Source: a virus (lineage: Duplodnaviria; Caudoviricetes). Taken from it: a stretch of DNA of 64,000 nt. Both the position numbers and the translations under genes were made by a program. The notes beneath the pieces were generated by a model. The model was not told where the DNA came from. It did not search any database and saw only the letters and a program-made list of their open reading frames with translations. Shown piece after piece: positions 31,686 through 40,503 of this stretch; the first letter of the stretch is position 1, and every line of letters begins with the position of its first letter. The stretch covers positions 37,083 through 101,082 of the IMG/VR virus record IMGVR_UViG_3300033463_000051, one strand, 5' to 3'.

Positions 31686-32631
31686 AAACTTCTAACCCCC
31701 TATCTACGGGTGAATCCTTTTCTCCGAGCAGATCATCTTTGTCGAAAATGTATTCCACATTGATGTACTGCTTTAATTTGTTGATATTGTGGTCTTTTTT
31801 GATATCTACATCCTTGTCTAGGGCAAAAACCGCCCTACACCCCAGTTTTGCCAGAATTTTCATCTGGTTGGGGGACAAATGAGAGGTCAAAATAGCCCCT
31901 GTGTTCCCTATACCCCACGTATCTGCCTTTAAAACACTTTTACAGCCCTCAAAAATGATGATTTCTCTCGATTTTTTTATGGACTCCATGTTTTCGGCGA
32001 CTCCGTATATGGTGGAAATCGTTCCCCAACCCTGTGTATAGGTATATTTTCGCAGTTTTTTCTCCTTCCAGTCGGGATCCAGCGTTCTTCCGCCTATATT
32101 TATGATTTTTCCCTCGATATCTCGAATCGGATACACCAGTCTGTTGGAAAAACTGTCGTAACATACCTGAAATTTGTCGAGTGAAGCCCTTGAAATGCCT
32201 TCTTTTTCCCAAACGGCGAGTTTTTCGGGTGATTTTTCATATCTTTCCATGTAATTGTCCGGTAAAACCTTTGCCGTTGACTCTTTTTGAGTGGTTTTTG
32301 GGGGTAAAAACCTCTTACAGACAACTGTAGCGGCCATTTTCTCCCTTTTCGGGGCGACATCTCCGTCAATGCCCGCATATTTCTTCAATTTCTCTATCGC
32401 TTCGGCAGGAGAACAGTGAAAATAGTACTTAGTGAACGTAAAAGCGTTCCCGCCAATGCCGGAAGAGTAGTCATAGAAGACCGGAGGGTCTTTCCTTACG
32501 GAAAATGAGGGGGTTTTTTCGTCTTTGAAGCAACTTAACCCCCACCATTCCTGCCCGCGTTGCTGTAGGTCAACAAATTGTGAAAGATAGTCTACAATAT
32601 CTATGGAACTTAACAGATCATTGAGTTCCAA
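31648..32631 (-). CDS. DnaG-type primase
   Basis: EKTPSF, GRTL...KY, TOPRIM FEG...LDKD. Confidence 0.85.
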   Translation of the reverse strand: MELNDLLSSIDIVDYLSQFVDLQQRGQEWWGLSCFKDEKTPSFSVRKDPPVFYDYSSGIGGNAFTFTKYYFHCSPAEAIEKLKKYAGIDGDVAPKREKMAATVVCKRFLPPKTTQKESTAKVLPDNYMERYEKSPEKLAVWEKEGISRASLDKFQVCYDSFSNRLVYPIRDIEGKIINIGGRTLDPDWKEKKLRKYTYTQGWGTISTIYGVAENMESIKKSREIIIFEGCKSVLKADTWGIGNTGAILTSHLSPNQMKILAKLGCRAVFALDKDVDIKKDHNINKLKQYINVEYIFDKDDLLGEKDSPVDRGLEVFAELYKHKIGLR

Positions 32632-32806
32632 TATGCCACCTCCGTCCGTTAAACGGACTTTTTATCATTTTCTTCGTATTGTTGAAGCCTTTCGAGCGCT
32701 TTTGCCAGTTCATAAAGGAATGTTCCTTTTGTAGGGTTTGCGTCGTTGGCTCTGATTCGTGTGTTTATAATTTCTAATAGTGTACTAGTGTCCATTTTTC
32801 GCCCCC

Positions 32807-34147
32807 TTAATACGGAGTCTGCGGAACATGCTGCTTTGCTTCTTTATAAAGTACTCTATTACCGTCAAAGAACAGATCTATGTATTCATTTGGCGTCATT
32901 TGCATACCGTTTCTGTTAAGAATCACTCGGAGTTTTTTATTTCCGCATTCCGCTCCGTCTATTTCCACCTCTTCGGGCGTTTTATCCTGTATTAGTGCGA
33001 TTGTACTGGCGTTTCTGCCGATTTTCGCAGAGTCAGCAACCTTTCCGGTTATCGTGGCTTGCGCAGCCCCTATTCCGCAGATCCCCATGTCTCCGCAAAT
33101 CTTATTTTTGACCGTATCCACAAACCTACCGAGTTCCTGATACGAATTGAATGCGTCACCGTCTCCGGAGCCTTTAAAGTAGTCTACTATCAGCACGTCA
33201 AGCCCCTGTGTGTGCTTGACTTTCTTTACGGCGGTGTAAATACTCTGCTGGTCGAAGAGCGGGATGTAAATGTGTGTAAATTTCCGCGTTTTCATCCACT
33301 CTCTGGCCTCTTCTATAAGTTGCTCTTCCCTGTCGCTGTATTTTCCCGATACAAGACGCTTGTATTCGACACCGGAGAGGTGAGCAAGCACTCTTGCGGT
33401 AAAAAGCCTCGTATTTAGCTCGCTGTCAAGGTAAAGAACCGCCAAATCCTGTCTGAGAAGATCGATCGCGCAGTTCAGAAGCATCATCGACTTGCCCTGC
33501 TTGGCTTCTGCGGCGAAAATGAACAGTTCGCCAGGTTCGATAGTTGCATATTCGTTCAATGTCGGAAATTTGAAGGGTATTCCGGCGAATCCGTTGCTTT
33601 GTCTTGACTTGATTTCCTCCCAACAGTCGTCTATGACGTCCTTGTACTGCGGGATTTCGTTTGCAGAGGAAAATTCCGTCATTACATCGTCTATCGCAGC
33701 ATAAATCTCCTGCTCGATGTTCTCTCTGGAGCGGTCATAACATAAAGCCTGACATTCCTTGAGTTTTTGGAACGTATCCCGTCTGAAAGCCGCGTCCATG
33801 ACGTTCTTGACGAGCACCATATATTCCTCAACGGTATTCCTGGCAAGCACGTCGCTCATATCCATGAGTTCGTACAGTTTGTCGATGGATAACTCCTCCG
33901 AATACCGTCTGGTCGCTTCTGACGAGGCTAATATCGATATAATGTTATAGGGGTCGACCGTAGTTATCCCCCTTCTGGCCATTTCACAAATCGCTGTATA
34001 AACGCAGCGGTTGTCCTTGTTTGTAAAGTGATTTGGGAGTAATGACTCAGAGTAAAATGAGAACTCTGGGTTGTGAATGAGTGAGGCAATAATGCCCGAT
34101 TCGCTTTCTATGCTGTTAATATCTTCGGCTCTAATAACTTTCACCAT
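32807..34147 (-). CDS. DnaB-like replicative helicase
   Basis: Walker A AEAKQGKS, YLDSE, IVDY, AAQ motifs. Confidence 0.85.
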   Translation of the reverse strand: MVKVIRAEDINSIESESGIIASLIHNPEFSFYSESLLPNHFTNKDNRCVYTAICEMARRGITTVDPYNIISILASSEATRRYSEELSIDKLYELMDMSDVLARNTVEEYMVLVKNVMDAAFRRDTFQKLKECQALCYDRSRENIEQEIYAAIDDVMTEFSSANEIPQYKDVIDDCWEEIKSRQSNGFAGIPFKFPTLNEYATIEPGELFIFAAEAKQGKSMMLLNCAIDLLRQDLAVLYLDSELNTRLFTARVLAHLSGVEYKRLVSGKYSDREEQLIEEAREWMKTRKFTHIYIPLFDQQSIYTAVKKVKHTQGLDVLIVDYFKGSGDGDAFNSYQELGRFVDTVKNKICGDMGICGIGAAQATITGKVADSAKIGRNASTIALIQDKTPEEVEIDGAECGNKKLRVILNRNGMQMTPNEYIDLFFDGNRVLYKEAKQHVPQTPY

Positions 34148-34920
34148 CCTAGTTGTTTATAACAACATTCGTCTGAGACCCCGCATATATAATGACAACC
34201 GAAGTAGTCCAGATTTGGCGGGAACTCATTGGTGTCTTCTATTTCGTGTATCGTATCTTCAGCCCACTTAACAGTCTCCTTAAAAGTCTCCTCGTTAAAT
34301 GGTTCGGATATGAACCTGTCAACTCTGAAGCAGTTGAAGCATAATCGTGATGGGAAAACCCCATATTCCTGACGAACGGCTTCCGCATACAGATATAACT
34401 GTCTTAATGCTTCGTCCAGTTCCTTGTCCTTTGCCGTCGGCTGTTTCCTTTTACTGCGCGGTTTTAAATCACGGGATTTATGGTCTACGATAACAAGTCC
34501 ATCTTCTGTCTTCCCGAGAAAATCTATATAGCCGATAAAAGGGATGCCGCCAATATTAAAGGCGAGTCCCTTTTCTGTTTCGAGCGGGGTTATTGGTATA
34601 GGTTCAAGATTCCGCAAGTAATCAGCAGCGTCGCTTATGTATTTCTGTACTGTACTTTCTTGCGGTCTCGGCCCTTGTACTTCAGAGGAAAAACTCAAGA
34701 GGAACTTTATATAAATGTCATCTTTCGACGCCTCTCCTTTGTAGTATTGCTCCAGAAGACGGTGGACGAAACTGCCGTATGAACTAAAAAAACGCGGAGT
34801 TTCTTCTACCTTGCAGATATATCTCAAGTACCACCTGTAGGGACAATCGTGGAAGCTGCTTATACGTGAATAACTCCACGTCATATCCTCGATTAGAGGG
34901 CGATAAATCATATCACCCAT
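34141..34920 (-). CDS. PD-(D/E)XK (RecB/Cas4-like) nuclease
   Basis: WSYSR...CP, GYID, VDHKS, QLYLY, C-terminal Cys cluster. Confidence 0.85.
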   Translation of the reverse strand: MGDMIYRPLIEDMTWSYSRISSFHDCPYRWYLRYICKVEETPRFFSSYGSFVHRLLEQYYKGEASKDDIYIKFLLSFSSEVQGPRPQESTVQKYISDAADYLRNLEPIPITPLETEKGLAFNIGGIPFIGYIDFLGKTEDGLVIVDHKSRDLKPRSKRKQPTAKDKELDEALRQLYLYAEAVRQEYGVFPSRLCFNCFRVDRFISEPFNEETFKETVKWAEDTIHEIEDTNEFPPNLDYFGCHYICGVSDECCYKQLGW

Positions 34921-34930
34921 ATGCTATCTC

Positions 34931-35353
34931 CTAGAACGGCAGTTCGGAGTCGTCTATCTCCCCGCTATCTGCCATCTCTACGGCTCTGCTTACTGCATCG
35001 TTACGCTGCCCGCCCTGGGCTCCGTCGCGCTTTGAGTCTCCAAAATACACGTTATCCGCTACAACTTCTGCGGAGCGACGCTTATTGCCATCTTTGTCCG
35101 TCCAATCACGGATCTGCAGTCTGCCTGACACGATAGCCATTTTGCCTTTCGCAAAATACTTTGACACAAACTCTGCCGTGCCTCTCCACGCTACGCAATC
35201 GATGTAGTCGGTCTGCTTTTCTCCGCCGTCTTTCCCTGAGTAATCACGGTCTACCGCAAGAGAAAAAGCAGTCACAGGAACGTCAGACGGTGTACGCCGC
35301 ATTTCGGGGTCGCGGGTAAGCCTTCCCATAATTGTTATATGGTTAAGTGACAT
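34931..35353 (-). CDS. ssb: Single-stranded DNA-binding protein
   Basis: LNHITIMGRLTRDPE... with acidic tail ending ELPF. Confidence 0.95.
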   Translation of the reverse strand: MSLNHITIMGRLTRDPEMRRTPSDVPVTAFSLAVDRDYSGKDGGEKQTDYIDCVAWRGTAEFVSKYFAKGKMAIVSGRLQIRDWTDKDGNKRRSAEVVADNVYFGDSKRDGAQGGQRNDAVSRAVEMADSGEIDDSELPF

Positions 35354-36049
35354 TTAGTTTTCCTCCATATACTTTTGTTTGAAATCATTAAAGAGTTTTG
35401 CTGCTAATTGCGGGTCTGTTATAGACGTATACTTTGCGCTCTTAACATACTTAGAGATGAACTGTTTAATCTCCTCTCCGCTGTCGGGGTTATCGGCAAG
35501 GAACTTCCTTAAAACCGTATCGAATTCTGTAATAATTCCTCCGGCTATTGCTTTGTCCTCAGCCTCCGCAGCGGCTTTCTGTTTGGAGCGATACGCATCG
35601 ACATCAAGGTCGGACTGTGCAATCTGGAAAAACTCGGTAAGAAAATACCTAGTGCAGTATGTAAGTCCAGAACCTACGGCCTGCGATGGGTCTTGCTGCA
35701 TACCGACCGCTATCCAGGGAACATCTATGTAGTCGCTCGGGTTGCTGTCATCGAGCCACCTGAATATCATCTCTGCAGAAAACAACATTTCTGAAGATTT
35801 TGAGTCATAAATATTACCCTGTTTGTCAGATCTGGTCGTAATAAAGTCGTGTTGCTGGATATTGACCGTTCCGGGAACGATCGAGGGAACAAGAGAAACC
35901 CCATACTTTTTCATTCCGGCTGTAACCTTCGCAAGGATTTCCGTAATGTCGGCATAGGAGTAGTTGTACCCTTTTTTATCCTTTTTGACCGAGTCAGACA
36001 TTGCTCTAATGCCCGCTAGTTTTTGAATAAGGTTTAGTTGTTCTGCCAT
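35354..36049 (-). CDS. ERF-family ssDNA annealing protein
   Basis: KKGYNYSYA and QAVGSGLTYCTRY motifs. Confidence 0.8.
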   Translation of the reverse strand: MAEQLNLIQKLAGIRAMSDSVKKDKKGYNYSYADITEILAKVTAGMKKYGVSLVPSIVPGTVNIQQHDFITTRSDKQGNIYDSKSSEMLFSAEMIFRWLDDSNPSDYIDVPWIAVGMQQDPSQAVGSGLTYCTRYFLTEFFQIAQSDLDVDAYRSKQKAAAEAEDKAIAGGIITEFDTVLRKFLADNPDSGEEIKQFISKYVKSAKYTSITDPQLAAKLFNDFKQKYMEEN

Positions 36050-36152
36050 ATGGCCTCCTATTCATCTGATCCATTAAACTAAATTGCTTTTGACGGCAAC
36101 TGCAAACACTGCCCTCCTTCCATTATTAATTTCCGTCTTACGGCCTATGCCG

Positions 36153-36227
36153 TGGCAGGGGTGGCTGGATTCGAACCAACGTATTGTGGAGTCAAAGTCC
36201 ACCGCCTTACCGCTTGGCTACACCCCC
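36153..36227 (-). tRNA. tRNA-Gln(UUG)
   Basis: Cloverleaf; anticodon loop CUUUGAC; GGUUCGAAUCC; encoded CCA. Confidence 0.92.
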
Positions 36228-36290
36228 ATAAACAATACTTTTAAATTGATATGTAATAAGAGAATCCCGCTTATGCGGGCTCTCTTACTT

Positions 36291-37226
36291 TTATAACAAG
36301 CTTTGTTTCCATCTCTGATAGTCTGTCATAAAACTCTTGGCTAATCTATGCCTGTTATATGCCTTGTTGCTGTACTCCTTATCACCCATACGCTCTTCCG
36401 CTATCCCGGAAAAATCCGGTGGTATTCCCGCAAGTTCCTGTTCGTGCATTCTATAAAAAACACCGGAAAGCCATATGCGATGATAACTAAGTTTCAGGTA
36501 GTTCGTATCAGAGGCTTTATTCTCTTTCATGCGTTTTGACAAAATAGCCTTCATGTTTTTAAGACTCGCGTCAGACTTTGTACCACGTAATAATTGATGG
36601 CCTCCCACGCGGGGCGCAGCCATCGGTACCGCATAGTTTGGGTGATACACTGTAAACGTTTGAAGTTTTACGCACTGAGTTAAAGCCGGAATGGCCTCTC
36701 TATATATTAGGTAGTCTCGATCCTGATAATGAATAACCATGTTAGCAAAATCTATATCGCTATCTAAAATCTTAAAAATATCTTCTTCGGCAATTCCACT
36801 ATATGCAAGCCATACAAATCCACGAATGATAATATCTACGGTATTGCTCTCGACAGGTAAGCATATCCCATCAAGCAGTCTTTGTAGATGGGCGGGATTT
36901 TTAACGGTTTGTTCTCGAATTTTAGAAATATCCCGGGTCGTATCAACATGATACATTGAATCGCATGCACCGGGAATACCATTTGCCATACACCATTTAA
37001 CATACTCTCTTAATATGGTGCTGCGCGTGCGCTGACCTTCGGCTCTTGCCCCTAAAATAGCGTTTAAAGCCGGAAGTATTACCTCTTCTTTTTGGGTGCA
37101 GAAATCGGCACCCCAGGATTCCTCAAAAGGTTCCAGTTTATTAAACGTTTTTAGACAGATTGTTCTGATGCTGTCTTTTGTGCTGTATTCTTTAATAAAC
37201 CGTCCCTTAATTTCAGGATTGTACAT
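36291..37226 (-). CDS. MrpR/YopR-like repressor (degenerate tyrosine-recombinase fold)
   Basis: MYNPEIKGRFI...FEESWGAD...LAYSGI...IWLSGVFY pattern, as recalled for the SPbeta MrpR family. No intact recombinase catalytic set. Confidence 0.5.
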   Translation of the reverse strand: MYNPEIKGRFIKEYSTKDSIRTICLKTFNKLEPFEESWGADFCTQKEEVILPALNAILGARAEGQRTRSTILREYVKWCMANGIPGACDSMYHVDTTRDISKIREQTVKNPAHLQRLLDGICLPVESNTVDIIIRGFVWLAYSGIAEEDIFKILDSDIDFANMVIHYQDRDYLIYREAIPALTQCVKLQTFTVYHPNYAVPMAAPRVGGHQLLRGTKSDASLKNMKAILSKRMKENKASDTNYLKLSYHRIWLSGVFYRMHEQELAGIPPDFSGIAEERMGDKEYSNKAYNRHRLAKSFMTDYQRWKQSLL

Positions 37227-37227
37227 A

Positions 37228-37680
37228 TTAACTCCCCTCGCAGTTCCTATTGTTTATCAGCGAAGCTTTTTCCCAGAGCGTGCGGAGGGTTCTTGGATCT
37301 ATAAACGCTATAGCTGACGTAGCTAAAATATTAGCCGTCGCTATTTCTGCCATATACTCGTGAGATAAGGTCGTAATATAACTACCGATGTACTCCTTCG
37401 ACATCCGCTCCGGATTCTCACAAAGTACCGTACTATCTACTTTTAATCCCGTTTCTGACGCGGGTAAAAATACGTGCGTTGGTTGTGATAATTTTTTGTT
37501 TTTACTTGTAAGGGGTAGCGCAATAATATTTGGACTATAAAAATTACCGGTATTATTTTGGAAAACCAATCCGGGTCTCCACCCCCGCTGTTCGCTTCCG
37601 GTACCGTCAAACTTCATATAATAAACCTCGCCTATTTTCGGTTCAATATGTCTTGAGGTCTCGGGCTGTTTGAAACTCAA
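37228..37680 (-). CDS. MazF/PemK-family endoribonuclease
   Basis: GEVY...GSEQRGWRPGLVFQNNTGN...IIALPLTS...PTHV. Confidence 0.85.
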   Translation of the reverse strand: MSFKQPETSRHIEPKIGEVYYMKFDGTGSEQRGWRPGLVFQNNTGNFYSPNIIALPLTSKNKKLSQPTHVFLPASETGLKVDSTVLCENPERMSKEYIGSYITTLSHEYMAEIATANILATSAIAFIDPRTLRTLWEKASLINNRNCEGS

Positions 37681-37711
37681 ATTTACACCTCCCTCTGTTT
37701 CAGTTTATTAT

Positions 37712-37740
37712 ATTATAACCTTTTATATGGGTTATGTCAA
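37712..37740 (-). promoter_or_regulatory. Consensus sigma-A promoter for the mazF-like/mrpR-like operon
   Basis: TTGACA-N17-TATAAT on the minus strand. Confidence 0.85.
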
Positions 37741-37741
37741 G

Positions 37742-38056
37742 TTAATAATATTGTTTGTCTACAAGCAGTTTATGTGTTATCTCATCCTTACCGTCCCCAC
37801 ATATAATATCCATCTTATATCCTATACCTACAATTTCGTCGCTTATATATACATCCTTTACCGATTCAAAGGACATCGATCCGAACTCAGATACCAGCCC
37901 CACCCTGTCTGGATTGAGACCAGTTACCATTTTTGTAAAAACCAGAGACGCGTTGAATTTACAGTCGTACCTTTGGTTTGATGTATCATATATATAACGA
38001 TATGTGTGCGCCGGGTTAAATATCTTCGCCAAACTATGTATAGATACTTTATTCAC
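37742..38056 (-). CDS. Hypothetical protein
   Basis: 104-aa ORF with SD. Confidence 0.5.
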   Translation of the reverse strand: MNKVSIHSLAKIFNPAHTYRYIYDTSNQRYDCKFNASLVFTKMVTGLNPDRVGLVSEFGSMSFESVKDVYISDEIVGIGYKMDIICGDGKDEITHKLLVDKQYY

Positions 38057-38103
38057 AATTACCGCCCCCTTGACTTTATTGGGAGACTATATTACTATAA
38101 TCA

Positions 38104-38263
38104 CGAGAAGGCAACTTCTCGCGCTGTAATATAATCTGTAGTTTTGTTAGGTTCGTAAGATTTGACAGATACTTCGAGTCTTTCTTCATTCTACATTGTT
38201 TGTTACAGCATTCATGCAAGCACCCCAGGCAGTCCAGTCCACTGCGGGGTGTTTGCTTTATTT
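38104..38263 (+). ncRNA. Candidate small RNA
   Basis: TTGACT-N17-TACTAT at 38070-38098; 5' hairpin cgagaag-gcaa-cttctcg; terminator 38216-38263; no ORF of 60 aa or more. Confidence 0.45.
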
Positions 38264-38279
38264 ACCAACAAAAAATATC

Positions 38280-38363
38280 TTGACAATCGGGAAAACATAT
38301 AGTATATAAGAAACAGCAGCTATCTTTGTTTCTCATAGTAGCACCTTTAGTAGTGCTTGTCAA
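38280..38363. promoter_or_regulatory. Face-to-face promoter pair upstream of the repressor
   Basis: Plus strand TTGACA-N17-TATATA (38280-38308); minus strand TTGACA-N17-TACTAT (38363-38335). Confidence 0.6.
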
Positions 38364-38384
38364 TAACTAATAAGGAGTGTTTCT

Positions 38385-39146
38385 ATGTTTTTTAGTAATA
38401 CACTTAGAAGTCTAAGAACGGAAAACTCTCTCACACAACAACAACTAGCAAAACGTATCGGTGTCGCGGTACAAACTATACGAAGTTGGGAATCGGGTAG
38501 TAAAAACCCGTCTATGCACGCATTAGTATCTTTGTCAAAAATATTCGGCGTTCCTATAGACTACATGGTTGGGACTAGCATTAACAACAAATGCGAAAAC
38601 CCCCTCAGCAACCAAGAGGAAAGCCTTTTGGAAAACTATCGAAACTTAGACGCCATAGGGCGTAAAGCTGTTGAAGCTGTTTGTAGAATTGAACGGCAAA
38701 GAATAAATGTATTTACCAACAACACCCCTAAAAGGTACCTTCCCAAGTATACCTCCCCATCCGCAGCTGGGTTCTCAGCGCCATTAGGCGGAGATGACTT
38801 CGAAATGATACCCGTAGATGATACGGTACCCAGAAATGCCGATTTTGCGATTCGAATCCAGGGCGATAGCATGGAGCCGTACATTATGGACAACGATACA
38901 GTATTCGTAGTTAAACAAAAAACCCTGAATCGCGGAGATGTCGGTGTGTTTAGCGTCAACGACGCGCTTTATTGTAAATTGTATTACACGGACATCAATA
39001 AGAATCTCATATTAGTATCAGCGAATCCCGATCGGCAGGATTCCAACGTTTATGTTAGTGCGGACTCAGATTACTCCGTAATCTGTTTTGGCAAAGTGAT
39101 ACTTAAAAAACCGATACCATTTCCCGAGGGCTTCAGGTATTGTTAA
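38385..39146 (+). CDS. CI/LexA-like repressor (XRE HTH + S24 peptidase)
   Basis: LTQQQLAKRIGV...WESG HTH; AAG cleavage site; GDSMEP; conserved Lys. Confidence 0.9.
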   Translation: MFFSNTLRSLRTENSLTQQQLAKRIGVAVQTIRSWESGSKNPSMHALVSLSKIFGVPIDYMVGTSINNKCENPLSNQEESLLENYRNLDAIGRKAVEAVCRIERQRINVFTNNTPKRYLPKYTSPSAAGFSAPLGGDDFEMIPVDDTVPRNADFAIRIQGDSMEPYIMDNDTVFVVKQKTLNRGDVGVFSVNDALYCKLYYTDINKNLILVSANPDRQDSNVYVSADSDYSVICFGKVILKKPIPFPEGFRYC

Positions 39147-39153
39147 ATACAAA

Positions 39154-39177
39154 TACGGGTGCGAAAACGCACCCGTA
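39154..39177. terminator. Hairpin between converging genes
   Basis: tacgggtgcg-aaaa-cgcacccgta. Confidence 0.7.
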
Positions 39178-39180
39178 CGA

Positions 39181-39549
39181 TTACCTGACGCAACAAATTG
39201 GATCCCATACGCCACAAAATGTTAGTTTTATACAAATCGTATTCTTTTTTTCGCCATAAGAAAACGAAGCGCTCTGCGACGCGTCGAGTAAAACATAGAT
39301 TGGATCATCTTCTGTGTCAAAAGTTACCTCTGCACAGGTTACCGCGATTGAAATGTCTGTTGTTCCGTCTTCGATTTCAATTTCATAATATTCGCAATTA
39401 TACTTTTTTATCAATGTGTCTATATATGTACAAATAGCCTCAAAGTCTCTGACCTTGTCTTTATTTTCTTCGAAGATTGAAGAAAACCTTTTTGACCCCT
39501 CTTCTATAACTTCTAAAACCGTGCTATAACACCCTCGCGTCTTTGCCAA
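39181..39549 (-). CDS. Hypothetical protein
   Basis: ORF with SD, downstream of 39563-39916. Confidence 0.55.
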   Translation of the reverse strand: MAKTRGCYSTVLEVIEEGSKRFSSIFEENKDKVRDFEAICTYIDTLIKKYNCEYYEIEIEDGTTDISIAVTCAEVTFDTEDDPIYVLLDASQSASFSYGEKKNTICIKLTFCGVWDPICCVR

Positions 39550-39562
39550 ACTATATGTCCTC

Positions 39563-39916
39563 CTATTCTATCGGCGTTGTAATCCCGTGATATGTGATAT
39601 CAATTACTATTGTCCCGTCCGTTTTCGGGTATATATCTGTATTGGATGCTGTTTTCATAATTGCGGCAAGTAGTCTCGGCTCGCTGAAAACCATTTCTTT
39701 GCCAATGATTGTAATGGTTCCCATACTTTTATAATGATCTCCAATCGACATGTTTACAGATGCTCCAGATCCTCTCAGCATCTTTTTCAGAACTTCATAC
39801 GAAGCATTTATACCCCTGACTTTAAATGGATTAATGATTGCCGCTCGCTTTTCGTCATCATCTATCATTTGCTTTAAAGACACCCAGTCTTCTTTTTTAA
39901 AGTCCTTCGAACCCAT
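39563..39916 (-). CDS. Hypothetical protein
   Basis: Preceded by TTGACA-N16-TATAAT (39978-39951) and an SD. Confidence 0.6.
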   Translation of the reverse strand: MGSKDFKKEDWVSLKQMIDDDEKRAAIINPFKVRGINASYEVLKKMLRGSGASVNMSIGDHYKSMGTITIIGKEMVFSEPRLLAAIMKTASNTDIYPKTDGTIVIDITYHGITTPIE

Positions 39917-40503
39917 TATACCCTCCGTTATTTTATTGTTAGTATACTCAATTATAAATGATACGGTTTTTTTGTCAACTTAAAAGAATACGAGCGCGGC
40001 TTCGCCGCGCTCTAAATAGTTATATAATCGTTTGTTAAGCAGATGCATCTGCTATATTTGATCTAACCTCATCGATTCCAGATAGAGCCTCGTCTAATTT
40101 ATCTACCGCCGACTCCATTTTTTCATATCTTTCACTACATTCTAAATTTTCCGGTAAATTATCTAAACAGTCTTGCTCCTCATCCAACGCGTTAGATATC
40201 AGCTCTTCGGCTTTGCGTAAATACTCCTGTGCTACAGATAGTTTTTCCCGGCGTTTATTATTCATTCCCAATACCTCCGCTTTTCACTTTTTCTCTTGCC
40301 ACTCTCATTCTTTTTTGGCACGTATTTACTTTCCAACTCCGACGGTGTTTTTGCTCTCCCTATTCTTTCTAAAGTACCGTCGGAGTTGATTTTATATAAA
40401 TAATACCAGTCCCTAATCTGTTTGCTTGTAATTATATATATAGGATCACTGCTTTCTGATATATACCTCACCCACACAATCTCGTTTTTAGGGTATTTTA
40501 TCT

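Noticed and set aside
34141-34920. cas4 of a CRISPR system
   Set aside because: The context is SSB/ERF/DnaB recombination-replication genes, with no array or other cas genes.
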